Notes under the pieces: model-generated
Database searches by the model: none
Told to the model about the DNA's origin: nothing
Seen by the model: the letters and a program-made list of their open reading frames with translations, nothing else
Position numbers and translations under genes: made by a program
NCBI GenBank assembly: GCA_963765675.1
Contig: CAVXXK010000001.1
Span: forward strand, 896,001-960,000
Direction: 5' to 3'
DNA length: 64,000 nucleotides
Source of the DNA: an uncultured delta proteobacterium
Lineage (GTDB): Bacteria > Desulfobacterota > Binatia > Binatales > Binataceae
In this document: positions 39,619 to 50,396 of the stretch, in pieces
Position numbering within the stretch: the stretch's first letter is position 1
How the letters are laid out: the number at the start of each line of letters is the position of its first letter

Positions 39619-40680
39619 TCAGGCGCCGATGCCGACCGCATCGCTAATAGAGCGAAATCCCTCGCGCCGGAGCAAGGCCATCAGGCCGCGTTTGATTTCC
39701 GCCACGACTCCCGGCCCCTGGTAGATGAGCGCGGTGTACAGCTCGACGAGGCTGGCGCCGGCGCGGATATGCTCCCACGCGTCGTCGGCGCTCGAAACAC
39801 CACCGACACCGATGATCTTGAGGCGTCCGCCGGTGTGGCGGTAAATCTCGCGAATAAATTCGCGCGAGCGGCCCCGCAGCGGAGTGCCGCTCAGGCCGCC
39901 AGCGTGCTCGGACGTGATTCCGACCGCGTTGCGCGCGAGCGTGGTGTTGGTCGCGACGATTCCGTCGAGCGCCAGCTCGAGCGCGGTGTCGCAAATCCGG
40001 CGCAGATCGGCGGATTCGAGATCGGGCGCGACTTTGAGCAGGATCGGCGGACGACGCGGCGCGTTCGTCATCGCGGCGTTGATCGCGGCGAAAATCTCGC
40101 GCATCCGCTCGGGCGATTGCCAGTTGCGCAGGCCGGGCGTGTTCGGCGAGCTGACGTTGACGACGATAAAATCCGCCAGCGCGCCCATCCGGCGGACGAG
40201 CGACGCATAGTCTTCCGCGACGCGCTCGACCGCGGTCTCCTTGTTCGGCCCTAGATTGATCCCCAGCTTGATCGCGACTCCGCGCCGACGCATCCGCTCG
40301 ATACGGCCGGCGACCGCGTCCATCCCGTCGCTCGGAAAGCCGAGCCGGTTGATGAGCGCGCGGTTCTCCGGCAAGCGGAAGACGCGCGGACGCGGATTTC
40401 CCGACTGCGGACGCGGCGTAATTGTGCCCAACTCGGCGAATCCAAAGCCGAGTCCCTGCCACGCGCCGGCGGCGACGGCATCTTTGTCCATCCCGGCGGC
40501 GAGTCCGATTGGATTTGAGAATTCCAGGTCCCAGAGTTTGACCCGCAATTCGGGAGGATCGGCCGGCGGCGACAGAAGCGGCCAGGTGGACAGGAGCGAG
40601 AGGGTCATGCGATGGGCGGTCTCGGCGTCGCACTGGAAGAGAGCGGGCTTTGCGAGTTTGTACAGTTCCGAGAGCATCAT
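39619..40680 (-). CDS. pyrD: Quinone-dependent dihydroorotate dehydrogenase
   Basis: NPIGLAAGMDK, GNPRPRVFRL, NVSSPNTPGLR and GGLSG. Confidence 0.96.
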   Translation of the reverse strand: MMLSELYKLAKPALFQCDAETAHRMTLSLLSTWPLLSPPADPPELRVKLWDLEFSNPIGLAAGMDKDAVAAGAWQGLGFGFAELGTITPRPQSGNPRPRVFRLPENRALINRLGFPSDGMDAVAGRIERMRRRGVAIKLGINLGPNKETAVERVAEDYASLVRRMGALADFIVVNVSSPNTPGLRNWQSPERMREIFAAINAAMTNAPRRPPILLKVAPDLESADLRRICDTALELALDGIVATNTTLARNAVGITSEHAGGLSGTPLRGRSREFIREIYRHTGGRLKIIGVGGVSSADDAWEHIRAGASLVELYTALIYQGPGVVAEIKRGLMALLRREGFRSISDAVGIGA

Positions 40681-40767
40681 GGCCGTCGCATCGGCAATCT
40701 TGCAGTCCCGTGCGGCGCTACGCAAATCGCCAAATTGGCAACTCAATGAAAGGATGCGCTGACGCAA

Positions 40768-40948
40768 AGGGCGAGATTCCTCGCGATCTCTGCCAATCAC
40801 CGTAGCGAGCACGACGCGATACGCTGTGCCTGAACGCGCTCGGAATGACACGGATGACGCGAAAGGTGTCATTCCGAGCGCGAGCGGGCGATGCATAATC
40901 GCGTCGTGCTTGTCGCGCCGAGCGGCAGGGGCCGCGAGGAATCTCGCC
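40768..40948. repeat. Family D core palindrome between divergent pyrD and thyX
   Basis: GGCGAGATTCCTCGCG...CGCTCGGAATGACAC/GTGTCATTCCGAGCG...CGCGAGGAATCTCGCC. Confidence 0.8.
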
Positions 40949-41098
40949 AGTGGCGCAGGCGAACCCTCAGAATGGGGGTCGAATCGGCGCGTGTGGGGAT
41001 AATCGTCGCCGCGATGGATGCATTCCCGTGCGCGCATGGAATATGATCGGAGACGAATCGATCAAGCGGAGAATTTCCCGGAGGCGGACGACGACGCG

Positions 41099-41926
41099 GT
41101 GAGCAATCAGACAAAGATGGAGGTCAAGCTGGTCGATTACGCGCAGCTTCCGCTCGAGAAGCTCTACGCCGCGTTCCGCACCTGTTATTCGTCGGAGACC
41201 CCGATCGAAGTCTGGGAAAAAATCAGAACCGAAAAGATTAGCCACGAGACGATCCGCAAATTTATCGGGGAGCGGCTGAAGACCGGACACGCCTCGCCGC
41301 TCGAGCAGGTCGTGTTCTGGTTCGGGATCTCGGGCGTGTCGCGATCGCTATCGCATCAGTTCGTGCGCCATCGCATCGGGATTAGCTTCGAGCAGCAGAG
41401 CCAACGCTACGTCAAGTTCAAGCAGGATCGGATGGCGTACGTGCTGCCGCAATCGTGGCAGCGAGTCGGGCTCGACGGCGAGTACGAAGAGTTGCTGGCG
41501 AAGGTGTCGGAGCTTTACGCCAAAGCGCTCAAGGCGGGTATCCCGGCCGAGGATGCACGCTTCGTGCTGCCCAACGCGGCACCGACCAATTTTCATGTGA
41601 TGGTGAATTTTGCCGAGATGCTGCACATCTGCGACCTGCGCCTGTGCCTGCGCGCGCAGTGGGAGATTCGGCGGATGGTCGCGATGATGCGGGCGGAGAT
41701 CAGGCGCGTGCTGCCCGAGATCGCGGTGTTCCTGCAGCCCAAGTGCGGCGAGAACCGCATGGGATATTGCGACGAGTCGCTCGAGGATTGGGCCAAGTGC
41801 CCGCTCGGCAAAGTGCGCCCGCACAAGTCCGCGCTGTTCGAGATGTACGAGCTACACGGCAAGCGCAAATCCGAAGCGCTCGGCGAAGCCGAGTTCAAAG
41901 CAGTCGAAGAAAAAGAGCTGCTCTAA
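41099..41926 (+). CDS. thyX: FAD-dependent thymidylate synthase
   Basis: GHASPLE, RHRxxxSFEQQSQRY, EDARFVLP and RAQWEIR; start uncertain. Confidence 0.95.
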   Translation: MSNQTKMEVKLVDYAQLPLEKLYAAFRTCYSSETPIEVWEKIRTEKISHETIRKFIGERLKTGHASPLEQVVFWFGISGVSRSLSHQFVRHRIGISFEQQSQRYVKFKQDRMAYVLPQSWQRVGLDGEYEELLAKVSELYAKALKAGIPAEDARFVLPNAAPTNFHVMVNFAEMLHICDLRLCLRAQWEIRRMVAMMRAEIRRVLPEIAVFLQPKCGENRMGYCDESLEDWAKCPLGKVRPHKSALFEMYELHGKRKSEALGEAEFKAVEEKELL

Positions 41927-41950
41927 ATCATCTCTCGCGCTCTTTCTGGC

Positions 41951-42254
41951 CCCTCGCCCTGAAAGGAGAGCTTGCATAACCAATCGGAGGAGTGCGCCGG
42001 CACGGAAGGGCGAGATTCCTCGCGATACCCGCCGTTTCACGTGATGCGCAGGGACCCATCTGCATTGCCGGTGCGCGCTCGGAATGACAATTTCCGGGTA
42101 TTTTGTGTCATTCCGAGCGCAGGTGGGCGTTGCATAGGGCGGCGTATTGCCTACCGTCGAGTAGCAGGAATCGCGAGGAATCTCGCCCTCGGAATTCAGC
42201 ACGCTCTCCGAAGAGTTATGCAAAATATGCAAAGCTCTCCTTTCAGGGCGAGGG
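41951..42254. repeat. Family D MITE-like element (most complete copy)
   Basis: Terminal IR CCCTCGCCCTGAAAGGAGAGCTT/AAGCTCTCCTTTCAGGGCGAGGG plus two inner IR layers. Confidence 0.85.
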
Positions 42255-42300
42255 ATAAGATTGTTGCGCGCGTGGAGGACTTGATCGTTCAATGGTGCTG

Positions 42301-42699
42301 ATGGCGGCTAATCCTGATTTGGAGCGTGCGATCGCGGCGTTCAACCGCGGTGAGTACTTCGACGCCGCGGAGGGCTTCGAAAATTCGCTCCGAGTGATCG
42401 ACGACGCGGACCTGAAAGCGGTCGTCAACGCGCTCAACCAGATCTCGGCCGGGCTGCATCTGCGATTCGAGCGCGGGGGACGGCAGGCGTCGATCAACCT
42501 GATGTCGCAGGCGATGCTTGCGCTCGACGATATGAAACCCGCGCGCGCGGGGATCGATATCGGGCGGCTGTATGACGAGGTCTCGGCGCTGGTCGCGGAA
42601 ATCAGGGCAGCGCCGCGCGACGCTCGCGACGGGCTGAAGCATCGCGCACGAATCTTCCTCGAGCGCCGTCGCGCGCCAAAGATCAACCGCACGAAATAA
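42301..42699 (+). CDS. DUF309 domain protein
   Basis: FNRGEYFDAAEGFE...Q.SAGLH, resembling DUF309. Confidence 0.65.
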   Translation: MAANPDLERAIAAFNRGEYFDAAEGFENSLRVIDDADLKAVVNALNQISAGLHLRFERGGRQASINLMSQAMLALDDMKPARAGIDIGRLYDEVSALVAEIRAAPRDARDGLKHRARIFLERRRAPKINRTK

Positions 42700-42739
42700 C
42701 CCGCGCGGTCTATTGACTCAATATAGGTCCGATGTTAAA

Positions 42740-42758
42740 TCCACTCAGCCTATAGGAT
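42740..42758 (+). promoter_or_regulatory. Putative Rrf2 operator 1
   Basis: TCCACTCAGCCTATAGGAT, 14/19 identical to 43241-43259; just downstream of a TTGACT...TTAAAT promoter-like sequence. Confidence 0.5.
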
Positions 42759-42759
42759 A

Positions 42760-43218
42760 ATGCTGTCAAAGAAATCGAAATATGCGTTGAAGGCGCTAAC
42801 AATTTTAGCCAAAGAATACGGTCAGGGGCCGGTGCTTATTTCGGATATCGCGCAGCGCGAAGAGATCTCGCGCAAGTTTCTCGAAATCATTTTGCTGGAA
42901 CTCAAGAATGCGGGAATTCTGCAGAGCAGAAAAGGCAAGGGCGGCGGATACTCTCTGGGGCGGCCTCCGCGCCAAATAAGTCTGGGACACGTGATCCGCG
43001 TGCTGGACGGCCCTTTGGCGCCTTTGCCCTGCGTCAGCAAAACGGCCTACGTGCGCTGCCGCGAATGCCGGGACGAGCGCACTTGCGGCATCCGGATGGT
43101 GATGAAGCAGGTTCGCGACGCGACCGCGCAGATCCTGGACTCGACCACTCTGGAAGACATGCTGAAGCAGGTCGAGTTGGCAGTGATGGGAAAAGAGGCA
43201 GTGAGTTTTTCGATTTGA
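42760..43218 (+). CDS. Rrf2 family regulator
   Basis: SKYALKAL, FLEIIL, SRKGKGGGY, LDGPLA and four C-terminal Cys. Confidence 0.93.
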   Translation: MLSKKSKYALKALTILAKEYGQGPVLISDIAQREEISRKFLEIILLELKNAGILQSRKGKGGGYSLGRPPRQISLGHVIRVLDGPLAPLPCVSKTAYVRCRECRDERTCGIRMVMKQVRDATAQILDSTTLEDMLKQVELAVMGKEAVSFSI

Positions 43219-43240
43219 GACTCTTTTTTTGGGAGATTAC

Positions 43241-43259
43241 TCTAGTCATCTAATAGGAT
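43241..43259 (+). promoter_or_regulatory. Putative Rrf2 operator 2
   Basis: TCTAGTCATCTAATAGGAT immediately upstream of the yezD-like gene. Confidence 0.5.
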
Positions 43260-43264
43260 TACTT

Positions 43265-43444
43265 ATGAACGAAAAAGAAGCGCAGTTCGGAGGCACGTAT
43301 CCGCCTCCTCAAGTCCTCGAACGCATCTCGCAAGCGATCCAGGGTGTCCGCTTTGGTTCGGTCGAGGTGGTGATCCAGGACGGCAGGGTCATCCAGATCG
43401 AGCGCAAGGAAAAATTTCGCTTTGATCGTCCGAATCGATCTTGA
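43265..43444 (+). CDS. YezD/DUF2292 (OscA-like) small protein
   Basis: IQGVRFGSVEVVIQDGRVIQIERKEKFR motif; precedes sulfate uptake genes. Confidence 0.85.
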   Translation: MNEKEAQFGGTYPPPQVLERISQAIQGVRFGSVEVVIQDGRVIQIERKEKFRFDRPNRS

Positions 43445-43622
43445 GCCAGTCGATTCGATAATTGAGCGCGCCAACCGCGCAAACGCGGATGGCCATTGAG
43501 ACACCGCGGGCAGCTTTTTGCGCCGGCCAGAGAAGGATCGGCGCCGGGATCGGAGTCAATGAAAGACACCTTCGAGCTGACTGGACATCCGGAAGCTCTC
43601 CAGATTGGAGGAACCTTCCGTG

Positions 43623-45107
43623 ATGAGAAAACTGACGCCGACGTTACTGCCGACGCTATGGCTTTCGGCATTGGTGGGGGTGGCGGCGATTCCGCTGCCG
43701 GCTTCCGCTCAGTCCACGATCAGAACTGACCCGTCGAGGGACCAGCAAATTATCGAGCTGAGGGAGGAAATAAAGCAGCTCGAACACCGCGTGGACACAC
43801 TGCAGGGACTCGACCACAAGGTCCAGGTCATCGATCGCAAGCTCGAGGTTCAATCAGCGGCCGAACAGGCCCAGATCAAGGTCGAGCAGGATCAGGCCAA
43901 GAACGCGCCGGTCATCAAGGCAGGTGCTCAGGGCTTTTCATTTGGGTCATCCAATGATGACTGGCGGGTGGAATTCCACGGAATCGTCCAGGCTGACGGA
44001 CGCTTTTTCGCTAACGGCACCGACAAGACTCCAAGCACATTCTATTTGAACCGGGCGCGTCCGATCCTGGCCGCGACTTTCGACAAGTACTACGGATTCA
44101 ACATCACGCCGGATTTTGGCCAAGGTAAAGTGGTCCTGCAGGACGCATATGTAAGCGACGACCAACTGCCATGGGCGGAGTTCCGGGTGGGAAAGTTCAA
44201 GACTCCGTTCGGACTCGAGCGCTTGCAGGTGGATACCTACGTACCGTTCAGTCAGCGATCCGAAACCACCAACCTGGTTCCGAACCGCGATTACGGACCT
44301 GAGGTTCGTGGCGCGTTTTTCGACAACCGGTTGACTTATCAACTGGCTATAATGAACGGAGTGCCGAACAATACGGCATCCGTCGATTCCGACATCAACG
44401 ACGGCAAGGATTTCATCGGCCGCGTCTTCGCCGAACCATTCAGGAAGAGTGAATACCCCTGGGCTCAGGGACTTGGCCTTGGTTTCGCCGCGACTTATGG
44501 CGATGAGAGCGGCTCGACAATCTCAGTCTATAAAACCTACGGCCAGGTGACCTGGTTCAGTTACAACTCGGGCGTGACTGCGGCCGGGCGTCGCTATCGG
44601 CTGTCTCCGCAAGGCTATTACTACTGGGGGCCGTTTGGACTAATGGCGGAGTATGTATCCGATAACCACAGCCTCAACCGATTTGCGACCGTCACGCACG
44701 GCGGAGTCACGAAAAAAATAGATCGCTACGCGACCTTCGCCGACGATGGCTACAGTGTCACGGCGATTTACGCTCTGACCGGCGAGAAGGAGTCTTACAC
44801 CGGCCTGACGCCGTTTCGCAATTTCGACCCTGAACACGGCGGCTGGGGCGCATGGGAACTCGATGCGCGGATCAGCAACGTGGCGACGGACAGCGGACAG
44901 TTCAAGCTGGGATTTGCCAGTGCGGCGGTCGCGGCCAGGACGGCAACCGAGTTCGCGTTGGGTCTGGCATGGTATCCAAGCCAGAACGTGAAATGGCAAT
45001 ACGACTACGCCAATACGTTCTTCGACGGCGGAGCGGGAACCACGGCCGCGCCCAAGGATCGTCCAAACGAAAGCGTGTTCGAAACGCAGCTTCAGCTCGC
45101 TTTCTAG
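43623..45107 (+). CDS. OprO/OprP family anion-selective porin
   Basis: Signal peptide, coiled coil, RARP, PDFG, GKFKTPFGLERL, GAWEL and terminal F. Confidence 0.85.
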   Translation: MRKLTPTLLPTLWLSALVGVAAIPLPASAQSTIRTDPSRDQQIIELREEIKQLEHRVDTLQGLDHKVQVIDRKLEVQSAAEQAQIKVEQDQAKNAPVIKAGAQGFSFGSSNDDWRVEFHGIVQADGRFFANGTDKTPSTFYLNRARPILAATFDKYYGFNITPDFGQGKVVLQDAYVSDDQLPWAEFRVGKFKTPFGLERLQVDTYVPFSQRSETTNLVPNRDYGPEVRGAFFDNRLTYQLAIMNGVPNNTASVDSDINDGKDFIGRVFAEPFRKSEYPWAQGLGLGFAATYGDESGSTISVYKTYGQVTWFSYNSGVTAAGRRYRLSPQGYYYWGPFGLMAEYVSDNHSLNRFATVTHGGVTKKIDRYATFADDGYSVTAIYALTGEKESYTGLTPFRNFDPEHGGWGAWELDARISNVATDSGQFKLGFASAAVAARTATEFALGLAWYPSQNVKWQYDYANTFFDGGAGTTAAPKDRPNESVFETQLQLAF

Positions 45108-45157
45108 CAGGCATGACGCAACGCGGCCTCCGCAACAGGAAGATGGAAGTATAGTCA

Positions 45158-46183
45158 ATGTACCGATTAAAACCTCACTTGAGACTATTTGCGGGCGCCG
45201 CGATTGCACTAATCGCGGGGGCATTACTCAGTGCCCACGCGCGTGCGGCGAATCAGCGTCTGCTGAATGTCTCTTACGACGCGACGCGCGAGTTCTACGA
45301 GGACTATAACGCCGCATTCGTGAAATACTGGAAAGCGAAGACCGGACAAGAGGTGTCGATTGAGTTGTCGAACGGCGGTTCGGGCAAACAGGCCCGAGCA
45401 GTAATCGATGGGCTCGACGCCGACGTTGTCACGCTCGGACTCGCTTACGATATCGACGCTATCTCCAGCAAGGCCGGTCTTTTGCCGGCGGATTGGCAGA
45501 GCAGGCTGCCCGATGACAGCAGCCCGTACACCTCGACCGTGGTGTTCCTGGTCCGCAAAGGTAATCCCAAGCAGATCAAGAACTGGAGCGATCTGATTCG
45601 CCCGGGAGTCGCGGTGATAACACCAAATCCCAAGACCTCGGGCGGCGCGCGATGGGCGTTTCTCGCGGCGTGGGGATACGCGCTCAGGGCGTCGGGCGGC
45701 AACGAGGCCAAAGCACGGGAGTTCGAAAAAGCGCTGTACAAAAACGTCCCCGTGCTCGATTCGGGCGCGCGCGGCTCGACCACCAGCTTCGTCGAGCGCG
45801 GAATCGGCGACGTGCTGCTGTCGTGGGAGGACGAGGCGTACCTCGCGATTGACAAGCTGGGCAAGGGCCAGTTCGAGATCGTTTATCCCAAGCGGAGCAT
45901 CGTCGCGCAGCCGCCGGTCGCGTGGATCGACAAAGTCGTTCAGCGCCACGGCACCGCCGATCTGGCGAAGGCCTATCTCGAATATCTCTACTCGGACGAG
46001 GGCCAGGAGATCATCGTGCGCAATCACTTCAGGCCGACCAATCCCGCGATCGCGGCAAAGCACGCGAAAGACCTGCCGCCGATCGAGCTGTTCACGCTCA
46101 AGCAGGTCTTCGGAAGCTGGGCGGAAGTCCAGAAAAAATTCTTCGCCGACGGCGGGGTCTTCGATCAGATTTATCAGCAATGA
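45158..46183 (+). CDS. sbp: Sulfate ABC transporter substrate-binding protein
   Basis: [20 protein letters not shown] and [11 protein letters not shown]. Confidence 0.95.
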   Translation: MYRLKPHLRLFAGAAIALIAGALLSAHARAANQRLLNVSYDATREFYEDYNAAFVKYWKAKTGQEVSIELSNGGSGKQARAVIDGLDADVVTLGLAYDIDAISSKAGLLPADWQSRLPDDSSPYTSTVVFLVRKGNPKQIKNWSDLIRPGVAVITPNPKTSGGARWAFLAAWGYALRASGGNEAKAREFEKALYKNVPVLDSGARGSTTSFVERGIGDVLLSWEDEAYLAIDKLGKGQFEIVYPKRSIVAQPPVAWIDKVVQRHGTADLAKAYLEYLYSDEGQEIIVRNHFRPTNPAIAAKHAKDLPPIELFTLKQVFGSWAEVQKKFFADGGVFDQIYQQ

Positions 46184-46220
46184 GACGGCGCGCTGAAAGA
46201 CGGAGCGGGCGGTAATCGCG

Positions 46221-47048
46221 ATGGCGCTGAAGAAGGCAAGCGTCCTGCCGGGCTTTAGCCTCGCGATGGGGATCACGCTCGTCTATCTGAGCCTGCTGGT
46301 CTTGATCCCGTTGTCGACGATCTTCCTGCAGGCGGCGGGAATGGGTCTCGGCCATTTCTGGTCGGTGATTTCGTCGCCGAGGGTTGCGGCCGCCTACCGG
46401 CTGAGTTTCGGTGCGGCGTTTATCGCGGCGATCGTGGATTCAGCGGCGGGTTTCCTGACCGCGTGGGCGTTGACGCGCTACCGTTTTCCGGGCGCGAGCC
46501 TTTTCGATGCGGTCGTGGATCTTCCGCTGGCGCTGCCGACGTCGGTTGCGGGAATCACGCTGACCGCAATCTTCGCGGCCAACGGAATTGCCGGCTCGGT
46601 CTTCGCCCGGTTCGGAATCAAGGTGGCATACACGCGCCTCGCAGTGGTGGTCGCGATGATCTTCGTTGGAGTTCCGTTCGTGGTCAGAACCGTGCAACCG
46701 GTGTTGCAGGAACTGGACCTGGAACTGGAAGAGGCGGCCGAGACCCTGGGCGCGACCCGCCTTCAGACTTTTGCCCACGTGATCATTCCAGCGGTGCTGC
46801 CCTCGATTTTGACCGGCTTCGCGCTGGCCTTTGCGCGCGCGATCGGCGAATACGGGTCGGTAATTTTTATCTCGGGCAACATGCCGATGCGCACGGAAAT
46901 CGCGCCGCTCCTGATCGTCACCGAGCTCGAGCAATTCGACTACCACGCGGCGGCGGCGATCGCGCTGGTGATGCTGATCGCGTCGTTCGTAATGCTGCTC
47001 GCGATCAACCTGCTGCAACGCTGGACCTCGCGGATCTACGCCATATGA
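46221..47048 (+). CDS. cysT: Sulfate ABC permease CysT
   Basis: VLPGF, ALPTSVAG, PFVVRTVQPV and EEAA. Confidence 0.93.
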   Translation: MALKKASVLPGFSLAMGITLVYLSLLVLIPLSTIFLQAAGMGLGHFWSVISSPRVAAAYRLSFGAAFIAAIVDSAAGFLTAWALTRYRFPGASLFDAVVDLPLALPTSVAGITLTAIFAANGIAGSVFARFGIKVAYTRLAVVVAMIFVGVPFVVRTVQPVLQELDLELEEAAETLGATRLQTFAHVIIPAVLPSILTGFALAFARAIGEYGSVIFISGNMPMRTEIAPLLIVTELEQFDYHAAAAIALVMLIASFVMLLAINLLQRWTSRIYAI

Positions 47049-47959
47049 GCACGCCAGGCATCGGGCCAACGCGCCCGGGCTTCATCGAGCGGATTTGCCG
47101 TCCCGCTTCCGGCAACCGCAAAACCGGCCTCGGCGGATTGGCGATCGTGCTCGGCGCGATACTCTTCATGGGTGTCTTCCTGGTCGTCCCGCTCGCGGCG
47201 GTCTTCACCCTCGCGCTGCGCGAAGGTGCGCGCGTGTACTTGAGAGCGATCTCCGAGCCGTACGCGCGCAGCGCGATCCGTCTGACGCTGGTTACCGCAA
47301 TAGTCGTAGTGCCGGTGAATCTCTGCTTTGGCGTCGCGGCGGCGTGGGCGATCGGCAAATTCGAATTTCGCGGCAAGGGACTCCTGACGACTTTGCTCGA
47401 TCTGCCGTTCGCCGTCTCGCCGGTTATTGGCGGGATGCTGTTCGTGCTGCTGTTCGGAGCGCAGGGAATCGCGGGGCCGTGGCTGGACGCGCATGGAATC
47501 CGGATCGCGTTTGCCGAACCGGGAATCATCCTGGCGACCGCGTTCGTGACTTTTCCGTTCGTTGCCCGCGAGCTGATTCCAATCATGCAGGCGAATGGAA
47601 CCGAGGAGGAACAGGCCGCGATCTCGCTCGGCGCCAGCGGATGGCAGACATTTTTCCGCGTCACGCTTCCGAACGTGAAGTGGGGCGTGCTGTATGGAGT
47701 GATTCTCTGCAACGCGCGCGCGATGGGCGAGTTCGGCGCAGTTTCGGTTATCTCAGGCAACGTCCGCGGGCGCACGAGCACGATGCCGCTGTACATCGAA
47801 ATTCTATACAACGACTACGAGTTCACCGCCGCGTTCGCGGTCGCGTCGCTTTTGACCTTGCTCGCGATTGTGACGCTCGTCGCCAAGCGGATCGTCGGAC
47901 GCCGCGCCGGAATCGTAGATGAAGAAATCGCGGCCAACGAGGAGGATCTGGCCGCATGA
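47045..47959 (+). CDS. cysW: Sulfate ABC permease CysW
   Basis: [19 protein letters not shown] and [11 protein letters not shown]; ATGA overlap with cysT. Confidence 0.93.
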   Translation: MSTPGIGPTRPGFIERICRPASGNRKTGLGGLAIVLGAILFMGVFLVVPLAAVFTLALREGARVYLRAISEPYARSAIRLTLVTAIVVVPVNLCFGVAAAWAIGKFEFRGKGLLTTLLDLPFAVSPVIGGMLFVLLFGAQGIAGPWLDAHGIRIAFAEPGIILATAFVTFPFVARELIPIMQANGTEEEQAAISLGASGWQTFFRVTLPNVKWGVLYGVILCNARAMGEFGAVSVISGNVRGRTSTMPLYIEILYNDYEFTAAFAVASLLTLLAIVTLVAKRIVGRRAGIVDEEIAANEEDLAA

Positions 47960-49029
47960 GTATCGAGGTTCGCGGCATCTCCAAGAAATTCGGCAGCTTC
48001 ACCGCGCTCGACAACGTGAACCTGAGCGTCGAGACCGGTGAGTTGGTCGCGCTGCTAGGGCTTTCGGGATCGGGCAAGACCACGCTGCTCCGAATCATCT
48101 CGGGGCTCGAAGCCGCCGACTCCGGGACGGTGCACTTCCACGGCGAAGACGCGACCGCGATTAGCGTGCGCGAACGCCAGGTCGGATTCGTGTTCCAGCA
48201 CTACGCGCTCTTCCGCCACATGACGGTGTTCGAGAACATCGCGTTCGGATTGCGCGTGCGGCCGCGGCAAGCGCGACCCTCAAAGGTTGAGATCGCCGAA
48301 CGGGTTCACAAGCTACTCAAGCTGGTGCAGCTCGACGTCCTGGCCGGCCGCTATCCCTCGCAACTCTCGGGAGGACAGCGCCAACGCATCGCCCTTGCGC
48401 GCGCGCTGGCGGTCGAACCCAAGGTGCTACTGCTCGATGAGCCGTTCGGCGCACTGGACGCGAAGGTGCGGCAGGAGCTGCGGCGATGGCTCAAGCGGCT
48501 GCACGAGGAGTTGCGCATCACCAGCATCTTCGTCACCCACGACCAGGATGAAGCGCTCGAGGTCGCCGATCGCGTCGTGGTCATGAACGCGGGACGGATC
48601 GAGCAGGTCGGCACGCCGGAAGAGGTTTATCATCATCCCGCAAACGCGTTCGTTTACAATTTCCTCGGCAACGTGAACCTGTTCCATGGCCGAATCGAGA
48701 ACGGCAAGGTCTATGTGGGCGAGACCGTGTTCGAACTCGACGGCGCTGACCGGCGCGCGGTCAACGGAGCCTCGGGCAAGGCGGCGCTCTACATGCGGCC
48801 GCATCTGCTCGAACTCGACCGCACGCCGCACGGGCACGAAAACTTTCGCGCGACCGTCAAGGCGATCAACGCGGCGGGTCCGCAGGTCAAAGTCGAGTTG
48901 GTCGCCGAATGGGGCGATCGGGTGCAGGTCGAGATCGATCACGAGCGCTACCGGATTCTCGCGATCGAACCGGGTGCGCAGGTTTTTGTTCATCCCAGGC
49001 AGAGCAGAGTTTTCGTTTACCAGATTTAA
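47956..49029 (+). CDS. cysA: Sulfate ABC ATPase CysA
   Basis: [26 protein letters not shown] and [11 protein letters not shown]. Confidence 0.95.
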   Translation: MSIEVRGISKKFGSFTALDNVNLSVETGELVALLGLSGSGKTTLLRIISGLEAADSGTVHFHGEDATAISVRERQVGFVFQHYALFRHMTVFENIAFGLRVRPRQARPSKVEIAERVHKLLKLVQLDVLAGRYPSQLSGGQRQRIALARALAVEPKVLLLDEPFGALDAKVRQELRRWLKRLHEELRITSIFVTHDQDEALEVADRVVVMNAGRIEQVGTPEEVYHHPANAFVYNFLGNVNLFHGRIENGKVYVGETVFELDGADRRAVNGASGKAALYMRPHLLELDRTPHGHENFRATVKAINAAGPQVKVELVAEWGDRVQVEIDHERYRILAIEPGAQVFVHPRQSRVFVYQI

Positions 49030-49038
49030 GGTGCGGCT

Positions 49039-49344
49039 CTAACCAGTCAGTTGCGCGAGCAGCTTTTTGAGCTTTGGCGCGCCCGCAAGCGCGGTGCGGA
49101 TCTTCGCGATCTCGTCGGTATCGACGATCAGCGGCATCCGCTGGAACCGTCCGCGCTGGTCGTAAACGCAGAAGCGAATCTCATACGATCCCTTCGCCAT
49201 TCCGTCGGTGAACTTGAGCAGCTGAATGCAGGGGACGTGGTACGGAGTCGCGACCCTTATCTCTTCCTCGATAATTCCCGAGCCCCAGTGGAGCGCGAAC
49301 GTGCGCGGTCCGGCTGCGGGCTTCGATTTTTTTGCGGTCGCCAT
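49039..49344 (-). CDS. Hypothetical protein
   Basis: Strong RBS GGAGGTG and host-like codon usage; no family recognised. Confidence 0.65.
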   Translation of the reverse strand: MATAKKSKPAAGPRTFALHWGSGIIEEEIRVATPYHVPCIQLLKFTDGMAKGSYEIRFCVYDQRGRFQRMPLIVDTDEIAKIRTALAGAPKLKKLLAQLTG

Positions 49345-49523
49345 CGACACCTCCCGAGCATGATTTTTTCGCTTGTGCGAAGCAGATCAGCGTCTACCAG
49401 ATTTGAGAACTCTCCGCCAAAGATACTAAAGGTGAAATTTCGGATATCGCGCGCGAACGCGCTCCGCGATTTGACTGAAACGGGCGCGCCCGCGATGCTG
49501 ATGCAGCAGCGGAACCATCGGCC

Positions 49524-50396
49524 ATGAACATCACGCAGGAATCTGTCGCGGCGGGCTTGAGGCACGCGGATTACATCACCAATCAGCGCGTCGAGACGGC
49601 GGTGTTTCTCGCGCTCGCGCTCGAAAAGCCGCTGCTGATCGAGGGACCCGCCGGCGCGGGCAAAACCGAGGTCGCCAAGGTGCTGGCCGCGATGCTGCCG
49701 GCTGAGCTGGTGCGGCTGCAATGCTACGAGGGACTGGACGAAGCGCGCGCGCTGTACGAATGGAATTATCAAAAGCAGCTTCTGCGCCTGCAGGCGGACG
49801 AGGCCAACGGCGCGCGCTGGGAAGATCTGTCCGAGCACATTTTCTCGCGCGAGTACCTGCTCGAGCGTCCGCTCCTGAAGGCGATCACGTCGCCGAGCCG
49901 CGTGGTCCTGCTAATCGACGAGGTCGATAAGGCCGACGAGGAGTTCGAGGCGTTCCTGCTCGAGCTGCTCTCGGATTTTCAGGTCAGTATCCCGGAGCTC
50001 GGCACACTGCGCGCGCGAGAGCGTCCGGTTGTGGTTCTGACCTCGAATCGCGCGCGCGAGCTTTCGGAAGCGCTGCGCCGACGATGCCTTCATCTCTTCA
50101 TCGACTTTCCCGGAATCGAGCAGGAACGAAAAATAATTGCACTCAAAGTACCGGGCCTCGATGAGCGCCTTGCAGTCGAGGCCGCGCGCTTCGTCAGCGC
50201 TGTGCGCAAGCTCGGCCTGCGCAAACCACCCTCGATCGCCGAGACGCTGGATTGGTGCCGCGCGCTCGTTCAGCTCGGCGTCGTCGAGCTCAATTCGGAC
50301 TCGATTCGGACCGCGCTAGGCGTGCTGCTCAAGCATGAGGACGACCGCGCCAAGGTCGAGTCGAAAGCGGCGGCGCTAGCGACGCGCCGGCTATGA
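49524..50396 (+). CDS. MoxR/CoxD family AAA+ ATPase
   Basis: EGPAGAGKT, RLQCYEGLD, LLIDEVDK and ALRRRC. Confidence 0.92.
   Translation: MNITQESVAAGLRHADYITNQRVETAVFLALALEKPLLIEGPAGAGKTEVAKVLAAMLPAELVRLQCYEGLDEARALYEWNYQKQLLRLQADEANGARWEDLSEHIFSREYLLERPLLKAITSPSRVVLLIDEVDKADEEFEAFLLELLSDFQVSIPELGTLRARERPVVVLTSNRARELSEALRRRCLHLFIDFPGIEQERKIIALKVPGLDERLAVEAARFVSAVRKLGLRKPPSIAETLDWCRALVQLGVVELNSDSIRTALGVLLKHEDDRAKVESKAAALATRRL

Noticed and set aside
42033-42048. Fourth parS (CGTTTCACGTGATGCG)
   Set aside because: Right half-site has two core mismatches and it lies in the variable spacer of a MITE-like repeat.
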